The notes under the pieces: generated by a model
The model's database searches: none
Told to the model about the DNA's origin: nothing
Seen by the model: only the letters and a program-made list of their open reading frames with translations
Origin: an uncultured Verrucomicrobiae bacterium
Lineage (GTDB): Bacteria; Verrucomicrobiota; Verrucomicrobiia; Chthoniobacterales; JAFAMB01
Assembly: GCA_963762565.1 (NCBI GenBank)
Contig: CAVXLD010000005.1
Location: 512,001-576,000 of the forward strand
Length of the DNA stretch: 64,000 bases
Reading direction: 5' to 3'
Shown here: piece by piece, positions 53,317 through 62,330 of the stretch
Layout: each line of letters begins with the position of its first letter
Position numbering within the stretch: position 1 is the stretch's first letter
Made by a program: the position numbers and the translations under genes

Positions 53317-54391
53317 CTAAAGTTTGGTGCCGGTTGGTCCGGAGTTCACCTGCTTCTCGAAGTCTGCAATACGCGCAAGGATTTCGTTTAGGCTTGGAGC
53401 CGCGCCGAAGATCATCCCTGACATGGCAGTGTAGTCGCGGGCCAAGGCAGCGGCCATATCCGGGTTCGGCGTAAGCGTGAATGATCCGGGAACAGCAGTC
53501 GCCAGGTTCAGATCCGGCACTGTTGAAGAACATCCGCGCATGCCGTACGCAATCCTCCGCTAGCTCAAAATCTCTGGCCTGCGTCCCGGCCGAGATTGGA
53601 GTCCAACAATCGAAAGACATCATAGTAATGGCGGGAAATCCGCTGACCGCCACCCCGCAGAGCGCCGCGTCGTTCGAACCATTGGCGCAAACCATGCAAA
53701 ATTATGGCCTTGTCCCAGAACGTCAGCGCGGCAACGACTGTGGTTATTCGGAAACGCTTAGCTCGATTCCCGCAAGATCGTCGGCGACATATGGGCGGAT
53801 GACAGATGGCCGATTTGGATCGAGCGCGGATTTCGCGCCAGACTCGATCTTCACGGCGGGCCGGATGTATCCGTCATCAGCCGCGGTGACCTTCGGGTAC
53901 CAGACCAGAAGGCTTTGCTGATCCGGGTCGTCCGCGTCAGCCTCGACCCGGCCGGCACTCGCATTCATTCCCGCTGCCTCGAGGGCTTCTGCGAGACGCT
54001 TCGCCACCTGCATGCGCATCGCGCCGTTTACATGGGCTTGGGCGGCCGCCTTGATCGCATCAAGCCGCTTACGCCGCTGCTTGCCGCTCAGTGCTTCGAG
54101 TTCCTCGACATTCGCCGCTTCTCCGAGATCGTCGCGAAAGATCGTAATGTCGATGTCTTCGGAAAAGCGCGAGATCAACCGGAAGGCCTTCGACAATGAC
54201 GTTCCGCCTTTGAATAACAAGACGGGGGCCGCCCGATCGGCGTCGTTGAATAGCGCGTCCAGCGTCCAAGCGACCCAGAAATCCTTTTCGATGTTCTGCT
54301 CCGGCGTGCCGAGTCGTTGGCCTGTGCCAAGAAAAGCGTCGCGACGATCAGCCGCCGTGGCCGACAGGAAGGCGTTGAAGGCGGGGTTCAC
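53317..54391 (-). CDS. abiEii: AbiEii-family nucleotidyltransferase toxin, frameshifted in the 3' half
   Basis: IEKDFWV, LFKGGTSLSKAFRLISRFSEDIDI, VKIESGAKS, HARMFFN, DYTAMSGMIFG. Confidence 0.9.
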
Positions 54392-55065
54392 TGCTGTCCC
54401 TTCTTCTGAGGTTTCGGCGGCTTGGTCTCCGGTGCGGCGGGCGCAGGGCATTCCAGCAGAGGCCGAGAAACGTCTGCATCCAGTCCGGCAGCTGGCTGAA
54501 TCCATCACGTAAATCTGCCGCGATGGCCGCGCCATGATCGGGATCCGCGAGGATCGCCGTAAGCCGGCGGGCTGATCCGGTCGTGGTCGCTGTCGATCAT
54601 GCTGCGCAGCCATTGCAGCGCCTGTACAAGACGCATCGCCGGGCTGCCTGCCCAATGCAGCCGGCTGGGGGCGGTCAGTTTGAAGGTGATGGTTTGAGCC
54701 CCGAGCTTGATCGGGCGTAAGCGCGCGTCGGTGTGAACGGAGATCTTGGCGGGCACCGCATCGGTCAGGCCTAGGTCATTTGCAGCGGTTAGACCATCGA
54801 CCAGCATACGCGCCTGGTCGCGCCGTGCGAGCGCGTCGATGACCCGATGCGGATCGGGATTGGTGGGCTTGCCCGTCAGTTTATTGGAGCGCGGCAGGTC
54901 ATAGAGGCCGCGCGTAATCCGGCGAATATTTCCGGCGGTGGTCATGCGTGAAAGCGCCTGGTCGATTGCGTCACGCGAGGCAAGGTCCAGGAAATCGGTA
55001 GGCGTCCAGACGCCGAACGGCGCCTGGGCCGCCATCCTCTTTTGGAGTTCGGTCTTGAGATCCAT
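54388..55065 (-). CDS. abiEi: AbiEi-type (DUF6088-like) antitoxin, frameshifted near 54560
   Basis: TPTDFLDLASRDAIDQALSR...IRRITRGLY, GLTAANDLGLTDAVPA; GTGA overlap with abiEii. Confidence 0.88.
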
Positions 55066-55075
55066 GGTCCGCGCT

Positions 55076-55148
55076 GTCAGAAAAACGTATACGCTCTTCT
55101 GACGGAAAAGTCCAGCGCCTGTCAGAAAATTGTAGACATGCTTCTGAC
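55076..55148. promoter_or_regulatory. Two 28-bp inverted-repeat operators upstream of abiEi
   Basis: GTCAGAA-N14-TTCTGAC at 55076-55103 and 55121-55148. Confidence 0.8.
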
Positions 55149-55713
55149 GCTATTAGGCGCGAGGCCGGAGCCCTCTCCGTGAGTTTAAAACTCACGGTCG
55201 GCGCAGCCATTACTAGCCATCGCCTGCACCTGTGTAGTCAGTCTACAGTCGGAAAGATTTTGAGAGCGCGCCGCATCCGTGAGCGAGCGAAATCCTAGTG
55301 TAACTCGTGCGGTCGAATCGCAATAGCGCGCAAACTGCTATGCCAAATAATTCGCAAAATGACAGGCACTCCTGATTATAGGCCCTTAAGATAACCGCTG
55401 CCTCGGCCCACCGAAACGGGAGCGTGGCGGCATTCTGGTTTCATGGGCACACTATGGGCTCCCACGAGGATCTTGATATTTTTGAGGAAGCAGTGTGCCA
55501 GCAATACAGAAAAATGGACGGCTTTGTAAGAACGAAAATCCAATCCTTCGACCCTCCAAGAGAACTTTGGCGAGCATGCCTCGGTGCGTCTAAACCCGTT
55601 CGCCCAGTTAATTCTTCGAGCAGGATTAACTGTTCAAGAATTGCCGAGAAGTGGCCGAGTCAACTCCAGCAGCGAGCTTCCTGGTTGCGGCGTAAATTAT
55701 TGAGGCTGAGCCG

Positions 55714-55760
55714 TGCACCCGGCAGGGCTCGAACCTGCACCCTATGATCCGAAAGTCATA
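55714..55760 (-). other. att site: second tRNA-Arg(UCG) 3' half, direct repeat of 50177-50224
   Basis: TGCACCCGGCAGGGCTCGAACCTGCA(A)CCCTATGATCCGAA(A)GTCATA; differs only by two A-run indels. Confidence 0.85.
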
Positions 55761-55819
55761 TCCTGCTGTGCCTTTGGCTGCCGCTGAGCCTGATCGTTTC
55801 ATTTCTTTATTCGCCGAAA

Positions 55820-57128
55820 TCACTTGGACGAACGCGGCAATTTACGTGATTTCTTTGACGCGAATAATCTCCCGAGGCCCGGCGTTACTCGCGCCCTTGA
55901 GTCGGTGTAGAAATTGTTGGTAACACTGATATCGGCGTGCCTCAGAGCCTTGCTGGCGGCATGGATGCCGTGCGCCTTATTGATCAGCGAACCGTATTCC
56001 TTCCGTAAGGTATGGAGTGGTTTTTGTGTGTTGACGCCTTTGCTGCGGAGCCAGGCGTTCAGGCTGTCAAAATGGGATTCGCACCTGTAATAGTCTCCCC
56101 TGGTGACGGTCTTGGGGATTCGGTCGGAGGGGATTACAAAGGTGCCTTTTGCTTTGTTCTGGTATTCTCTGAAGATCGACATCACTTCGGTATCCACCTG
56201 AATTTCACCTATCGAGTCTTGAGACTTTGGATGAAAGAATTGGGTTGGCTCGACCCGAATTGCGTTCTCCTTGAACCGAAATGCTGACCATTCCAGAAGG
56301 TCGATCTCCTTCCTTCTCAGGCCCGCAGCGACGCCGAGAAGAAAGATCATATAAACCGGCGGATCTGAGGGTCTGAGCTCTTTATTTGCCAGTTTGATCA
56401 GGTCGAGAACATTAAAGTTACTGCGGTACTTCATGCTCTGGCGCGGTTCGAATTCGACGCCATCGAAAGGCAAAGGAGAGGGCAGGCTGAGTGGCAGTTG
56501 CCGAAGGACCTTTCGGCGAAAAGAGGCTGCGCGATCGCCGGAGAAGTGTGTTCACGGAGATCCGCGCTTTGCGAAGAGCTAGCGGGTCATCCCCGGCCGC
56601 CGCAAGGAATGATTGTTTCCATTCCTGGATCTTGGCGGGAGTGATTTCGCTGAGACAGATTCCGTGGATCTTAGCTAACCATTCGTCCCGGCCGCCGGAT
56701 TGGTAATCGAATTTTGCCGGGTCAGTGGCGAGTCCGAAGAGGTCGGCGACGACTTTCCGGAACGCAATTGCGTACCCTTCGATTGTGGATCGGCTCGTGC
56801 AGACGCTGAATACCGCGTCAAGAAAGGAACCGACCGTAATTTCGGAAGTATCTGCTGCCGGCGCAGATTGAGACCTCGCCTTATACCTTGCAAGCGTCAG
56901 GGGCCAACCGTTGACGGTGAGGAACAGGAATATGTCTCGCGCCTTTGCTGCCGCGGCCGCTCTGTTTGGGGTACCGAGCTGGAAAAAAGCCCGTTTTCCC
57001 TGAAACTGGACCCGTGCGTACCATTCCTTGGTCAATCGACGTTGGCCATCTACGATGTACGGTTGCCGGAAAACTGCGCTCTGCCAGAACCGGATATCGG
57101 TTTTTGGAAAGTGGCTAAGATTTTTCAT
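55820..57128 (-). CDS. Tyrosine recombinase/integrase, frameshifted near 56510
   Basis: GLRRKEI, HTLRKEYGS, LRHADISVTNNFY (R, H-x-x-R, H, Y); N-terminal arm-binding-like WYARVQFQGKR. Confidence 0.93.
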
Positions 57129-57142
57129 TTCTTAGCCACTTT
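57108..57142. promoter_or_regulatory. Perfect 13-bp inverted repeat around the integrase start codon
   Basis: AAAGTGGCTAAGA-TTTTTCATT-TCTTAGCCACTTT. Confidence 0.65.
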
Positions 57143-57280
57143 TTTGGTTCATCCCTGGACCGTTTTGACCTTTCATGAGCCGGTGCCGCAAATGATAGAG
57201 TGGCTCTAAAAGCGTGTCCAGGAGCCAATCGACGGCTCATAGCAGCTCATATCGGATCACAGAAATCGGGGGAGCCATAC

Positions 57281-57323
57281 ACTCTTAATCACTGGGTTGT
57301 AGGTTCGATTCCTACACGGTGCA
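57281..57323 (+). other. att site: 3' half of tRNA-Lys(CUU), not a full tRNA
   Basis: ACTCTTAATCACTGGGTTGTAGGTTCGATTCCTACACGGTGCA; upstream sequence gives no D arm or acceptor pairing. Confidence 0.8.
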
Positions 57324-57377
57324 TGCTTCAGTATCAGGGAGTTAGCGACAAAGTCGTTGAGACCTCTTTGTGCCGTC

Positions 57378-57782
57378 TTAGCCAATTTTGAACGTTGGAT
57401 GAGAACCGCCCCACGTGCCCCAATCCGATTCTTGCCCCAACCCGGCGGCTTCAAGACTTTCGTTCCTAAATTGAATCGCCGTACGAATCTGCCTGTAAGC
57501 TTGATACTGAGTTGGACCACCTACATAGGCCTGATTGTTAGTTGCGTCCGGGAAAACGTAGTAGGTCTTCCCGTCTTTCCGGATCAGCGTTACTCGATCA
57601 GAGGGAAGTTCTTTAAGTCTTTGTTGCTGCGCGGCCGTACGGGGGACGATCGCTTTGAAGCCTGCGGCGATTAGAAACCTCTCTTGGTTCCGCGTCTCCC
57701 TCTGCGTCATGGTGCAGCTAACTGCCAGTGCTAAAAGCGCGATGGCGCCGATGAGATTGAATCCGGTGAATATATGTTTCAT
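57378..57782 (-). CDS. Small lipoprotein of unknown function
   Basis: Signal peptide with LAVSC lipobox; GGGGA upstream. Confidence 0.75.
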   Translation of the reverse strand: MKHIFTGFNLIGAIALLALAVSCTMTQRETRNQERFLIAAGFKAIVPRTAAQQQRLKELPSDRVTLIRKDGKTYYVFPDATNNQAYVGGPTQYQAYRQIRTAIQFRNESLEAAGLGQESDWGTWGGSHPTFKIG

Positions 57783-58237
57783 GCTTTCCCCTTTTTTATT
57801 GGTTAGTTATTTGGTCCGGTTAGTTACCTTTTGATGGTGTGACTCGCGTTGTCGCTGGGTATTGGGTTTTGCCTATTCCGCGCTAGCTCTAAATCGTTCC
57901 CAAAAAGGGCGAGCGACCCTTTCGCAACAATCACGCACCGGAACCCATGCGGCGCAGGGCCGCATAAGCGCCGCCACCCGCGTAGTTAGCGCCGGTGCAT
58001 TTGCGCGAGATCCATCAACCGGCCGAAGGTCCGTAAGTCGGCGTGATAGAGGAGTCATAGTTTCAATAAAGCCACAAGTTTCCAGTGCGGACAGCCCTTC
58101 AGCAACGCTTCAGACTTCGGCGCCTATCAATGTGTAGCAAGACTATCCCGTTCAATTGCTAACAAAGCCGCAAGGCTGCCCAAAACCGATTGACACCGCG
58201 ATGTCAAGTCACTATCCGTTGTGGGTGGCGGTGTACG

Positions 58238-59032
58238 ATGCTATCCTCCCCGAATCACTTGCCGCTTCCTGCGGCTGTCCTCGACGCCGGTCTCCGAGAC
58301 CGCGAACATCTCCGCCACCTGTTACTTGCGCATCCATCAGTGGATCTTAAAGCTGAACTCTCGGCGCTTGCGGAGGTTAGAGAGACCATCGAATCAATTT
58401 CTTTGCGCCTTTTGTTCTGCGACCTGGGAGACGATCCAGCGCAGATCTTCGCTTGGCTCGGCAACAGACCGCCGACCCTGGACGTGATTCTCATGACCAA
58501 AGAGGAAAAATGGGCTGCTCGCGCGTTCGAGGTGGACGCTTTGGATTTTCTCTTAAAGCCGTTGTCGAAGGAGCAACTGAACCGCAGTCTTCGCCGGTTG
58601 TTACGGCTGGACTGGTCCAGCAATGTTAGCGCCGCACCGGCGGAGCGAGCGTTTGTGCCTTTCGAACGCGGACGGCGTTTGGTGTCGGTTGATGAAATTT
58701 GTGCGATTCAAGCGGTCGGAAATTACACGCGGATTCTTTTTGCGGACGGCACCACCGAGGTTGCGCTGCGCCCGCTGCGGCGATGGGAGGAGACACTCCC
58801 CAAGAATAGCTTTTTGCGGATTCATCGATCAACACTCGCCAATACCAAGCGCGTGCGGCGGATTGAGATGACCGGGAAAGGTGACGAATGCTGGGCTGAG
58901 GTTGACGGCATCACGGAAAGACTTGCCGTCAGCAGGAGATCTTTGGGGGGGGTTCGCGCGGTTTTGAGTATGACCGAGTCAAAAACGGCTCGATTCGCCT
59001 TTAGCGGAGGTCAATTAAGCACGCCGCTTTAG
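58238..59032 (+). CDS. LytTR-family response regulator with a degenerate receiver domain
   Basis: LLFCDL, AFEVDALDFLLKP, IQAVGNYT, FLRIHRSTLAN, LAVSRR. Confidence 0.9.
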   Translation: MLSSPNHLPLPAAVLDAGLRDREHLRHLLLAHPSVDLKAELSALAEVRETIESISLRLLFCDLGDDPAQIFAWLGNRPPTLDVILMTKEEKWAARAFEVDALDFLLKPLSKEQLNRSLRRLLRLDWSSNVSAAPAERAFVPFERGRRLVSVDEICAIQAVGNYTRILFADGTTEVALRPLRRWEETLPKNSFLRIHRSTLANTKRVRRIEMTGKGDECWAEVDGITERLAVSRRSLGGVRAVLSMTESKTARFAFSGGQLSTPL

Positions 59033-59037
59033 ATACC

Positions 59038-60162
59038 GTGAGCCAACCGTCCCCCAGACAGAACCTCTTCCGAGAAGCGGCCCTCGCCAAGATTCGCTCG
59101 CCGGAACAGCTCGACGCGTTGCTTCCAATTACTTCGCCTTTGGGCTGGTTGGCTTTATTGACGTCGGCCATCGCGCTGGGCGTCCTCATATTCTGGGCCT
59201 TTTTCGGCATGATCGTTCGCACCGCGACAGGCCAAGGCATTATTGTCCGTAATAGCGAATCGGGCCTCAGCTCGGTCGTCGGCCAAGGATCGGGGCTAGT
59301 CTCCGAAGTCCTCATAAAGCCCGGTGACAGTGTGCAAGCAGGTCAGGTCATGTTTTACTTGGATCTCACCCCGCTCAAGCAGCAGTTGGCCAGCGCCGAA
59401 AGCACGATGGAAAGTCTTCTGGCCCAAGATGCTAACCAAGCCAAGGACGAATCGGATAGGATCAAGACCTTACAAGAAAAATTGGCAAACCAGCAGAGCC
59501 TCTATGACCAAGGTCTCCTGACGAAAAGTCAGATCCTGGATACGAAGAACGCCATTTACGACGTCCAGGCGCGCCAGTATTCCCGGAACCAACAGATATC
59601 CGATCAGAGAGCCAGGATTCGGGATCTTGAACTTCGTCTGATACAAGAAGGAACGATTCGCTCCGTTCGTGCCGGGCAAGTGATCGAGGTCCAAGTCGGA
59701 CTTGGTGATTTCATCCAGCCCGGGCGAGTGCTTGCGCGTATGGAAGGTCTTTCCGGTGACCGGGGAGCTCTGGTTTTTGTGCCAGCGAATGAAGGTAAGA
59801 ACATCAAGACCGGCATGACGATCCGGATCTCGCCATCCACCGTAAAACCAGAGGAATACGGTTATATCCAGGGCAAGGTTAAAAGTGTCTCCTCTTACCC
59901 GGTGACCAGAGATGAGATGATGTTCTACCTGCAGAATGAAGTACTGGTCAATCGCCTGCTTCAAAGCGGCGAGACGATTTCTGTAGCGGCGACCTTGGAA
60001 TCGGATCCCAGCACCCCGAGCGGGCTACGCTGGTCTTCCTCCGAGGGTCCCGATCTTCCGGTGGAAGGTGGAACGGTATGCAGCGCCTCGGTTGTACTGG
60101 CACGGCAGCGCCCCATCACTTTGCTGGTTCCATTTCTCAAAAAGCAGCTGGGTCTGTATTAA
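59038..60162 (+). CDS. NHLP bacteriocin system secretion protein (HlyD-like)
   Basis: LFREAALAKIRSPEQLD, SPSTVKPEEYGYIQG, TPSGLRWSSSEGP, RPITLLVP. Confidence 0.92.
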   Translation: MSQPSPRQNLFREAALAKIRSPEQLDALLPITSPLGWLALLTSAIALGVLIFWAFFGMIVRTATGQGIIVRNSESGLSSVVGQGSGLVSEVLIKPGDSVQAGQVMFYLDLTPLKQQLASAESTMESLLAQDANQAKDESDRIKTLQEKLANQQSLYDQGLLTKSQILDTKNAIYDVQARQYSRNQQISDQRARIRDLELRLIQEGTIRSVRAGQVIEVQVGLGDFIQPGRVLARMEGLSGDRGALVFVPANEGKNIKTGMTIRISPSTVKPEEYGYIQGKVKSVSSYPVTRDEMMFYLQNEVLVNRLLQSGETISVAATLESDPSTPSGLRWSSSEGPDLPVEGGTVCSASVVLARQRPITLLVPFLKKQLGLY

Positions 60163-62330
60163 TGGCGATTCGTCTACCGAACCGGCGCGTGCGCACCCCG
60201 ACGGTGATCCAAATGGAAGCTGTCGAATGCGGCGCGGCGGCACTGGCCATCGTGCTTGGCCACTATGGTCGAATTGTTCCGCTCGAGCAGTTGCGCGAGG
60301 AATGCGGCGTGTCACGCGACGGAAGCAGGGCGCTGAACGTCATTAAAGCAGCCACGCGTTACGGTCTGGAGTCAAAAGGCTTTAAGTACGATATCGGGAA
60401 GCTGGCCAAAGTGCGGTTGCCGGCCATCTTGTTCTGGAATTTTAATCACTTTGTCGTGCTGGACGGTATCAGCGGGCACGGCAAAGTCTTCCACATTAAC
60501 GACCCAGCCCGAGGCCGCCGAAAAGTCCACGCCGACGAGTTCAACGACAGTTATACAGGCATAGTTCTGACTTTTCAGCCGACTCCGGAATTTCGAAAAG
60601 GGGGCCGCAGACCCAGCACGCTGAGGTTTCTCGGTGCACGGCTGCAAAAGAGCCGCACCGCCTTCGTCTATGCGTTTCTTTGCGCACTGCTGCTGGTAAT
60701 TCCCGGTCTCATCATCCCGGCGTTTATGCGGGTTTTCATCGATGATTATCTGGTTGGCTCAGAAAAGACCTGGATCCGCCCGCTCCTTGCCGGAATGGCC
60801 GCTGTTCTGCTTCTGCAGATGCTCCTCACGGCGCTTCAGCAATATTGCCTGCTGCGTTTTCGAGAGAAGCTCTCACTGGCAGGCTCTGGCCGTTTCCTTA
60901 AGCATATTTTGCGGCTACCGATGCGCTACTTTTCCCAGAGGTTCGCCGGCGAGATCGGTTCCCGGCTTCCTCTTAATGATGAGGTGGCGGGGGTGGTCGG
61001 GGGGCAGCTCGCGAAAATCTCGTTGGATCTGGTGCTAGTGGTTTTCTTTGCCGTCTTGATGTTTTTGTATGACCCGGTCCTCGCCACAATCTGTGTAGGC
61101 GTGGCGCTGATCAACGCAGCGATTGTCCAAATCGTAGGCCGAGCCCGCGCCGACAAGAATCGGATTGCAACTCAGCACTATGGAAAGATGACCGGCACGT
61201 CGATCAACGGTCTTCAGATGATCGAGACGTTAAAGGCGAGCGGAGGAGAAGATGAATTCTTTGGACGTTGGGCGGGGTATCAAGCCCAGTATCTAGCTGA
61301 AAAACAAGCACTGCTTACCTTTTCGCAATATATTATGACGGTCCCGACGGTGCTCAACGCCATGAGCACGACGATCGTCCTGGCGGTGGGCGCTTTCCGG
61401 ATCATGGACGGCAGCATTACCTTGGGAACCTTTGTGGCGTTTCAGGCGTTAGCCGGCCAATTCGCGGGTCCATTGAATAGCTTGATCCAATTTGCCAATA
61501 ACCTTCAGATGTTAGCTGCGAACATCACCCGCATCAATGACGTATTCCAGGCGCCGGAGGATCCCATCTACGCGGCGCAACCGGATACGGCTAAGTTTGC
61601 ATCCGTTTCCAGTCTCAGCGGGCGACTAGAGCTTATCGATGTCACGTTCGGCTATTCTCCCCTTGAGAGACCGCTGATCGAAAATTTTAGCCTGAGCCTT
61701 TCACCCGGTTCTCGAGTGGCGCTGGTTGGCGGCAGCGGCAGCGGTAAATCCACCATCGCTAAGCTCGCCTCGGGGCTCTATCGGCCTTGGAGGGGCGAAG
61801 TCCGATTCGACGGCTATACGATCGATGAAATTCCGAGGGACCTCTTTGCGATTTCCGTGGCCATGGTAGACCAGGATGTCATCTTAATTTCGGGTTCAGT
61901 AAAAGACAATCTCACCCTGTGGAACGCCTCAGTGCCCGAACAGGCGATCCACCGGGCGTGCGACTATGCCGGAATCGCTCACGTCATCGCCTCGCGCAGC
62001 GGCGGCTATCAGAGCGAGCTTGGTGAAGGCGGGGGCAATCTTAGCGGCGGGGAACGCCAACGTTTGGAGATCGCTCGCGCCCTGGTGCACAGTCCCAGCC
62101 TTCTGATTCTTGATGAAGCGACCAGTGCTTTGGATGCCACCACCGAGATGGTAATCGATCAAAACCTGCGCCGGAGCGGCTGCGCCTGTTTAATCGTGGC
62201 ACACCGGCTAAGCACGATCCGGGATGCTGACGAAATCATCGTGATGGACGCTGGCAAGATCGTCGAGCGGGGAGTGTTCGAGGAATTACACGCCCGAAGA
62301 GGCAGCCTATTTCGCTTGATGGAACAATGA
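60162..62330 (+). CDS. NHLP-family ABC exporter with C39 peptidase
   Basis: TPTVIQMEAVECGAAAL, CGVSRDGS, FWNFNHFVV, GGSGSGKST, LSGGERQR, LDEATSALD. Confidence 0.95.
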   Translation: MAIRLPNRRVRTPTVIQMEAVECGAAALAIVLGHYGRIVPLEQLREECGVSRDGSRALNVIKAATRYGLESKGFKYDIGKLAKVRLPAILFWNFNHFVVLDGISGHGKVFHINDPARGRRKVHADEFNDSYTGIVLTFQPTPEFRKGGRRPSTLRFLGARLQKSRTAFVYAFLCALLLVIPGLIIPAFMRVFIDDYLVGSEKTWIRPLLAGMAAVLLLQMLLTALQQYCLLRFREKLSLAGSGRFLKHILRLPMRYFSQRFAGEIGSRLPLNDEVAGVVGGQLAKISLDLVLVVFFAVLMFLYDPVLATICVGVALINAAIVQIVGRARADKNRIATQHYGKMTGTSINGLQMIETLKASGGEDEFFGRWAGYQAQYLAEKQALLTFSQYIMTVPTVLNAMSTTIVLAVGAFRIMDGSITLGTFVAFQALAGQFAGPLNSLIQFANNLQMLAANITRINDVFQAPEDPIYAAQPDTAKFASVSSLSGRLELIDVTFGYSPLERPLIENFSLSLSPGSRVALVGGSGSGKSTIAKLASGLYRPWRGEVRFDGYTIDEIPRDLFAISVAMVDQDVILISGSVKDNLTLWNASVPEQAIHRACDYAGIAHVIASRSGGYQSELGEGGGNLSGGERQRLEIARALVHSPSLLILDEATSALDATTEMVIDQNLRRSGCACLIVAHRLSTIRDADEIIVMDAGKIVERGVFEELHARRGSLFRLMEQ

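Noticed and set aside
21600..56520. Mass pseudogenisation or programmed frameshifting across many genes
   Set aside because: Breaks are single-base indels, often in short homopolymers, in genes whose catalytic motifs are intact, and even the att repeats differ by A-run indels. Long-read error is more likely; read polishing would decide.
57251..57262. TCGGATCA match to the tRNA-Arg anticodon arm next to the tRNA-Lys att
   Set aside because: Only 8 bp, compatible with chance.
50177..57323. Functional tRNA genes
   Set aside because: All three are 3' halves without a D arm or 5' acceptor strand; reported as att sites.
57378..57782. RiPP precursor for the NHLP exporter
   Set aside because: It has a lipoprotein signal and no NHLP/Nif11 leader or double-glycine cleavage context.
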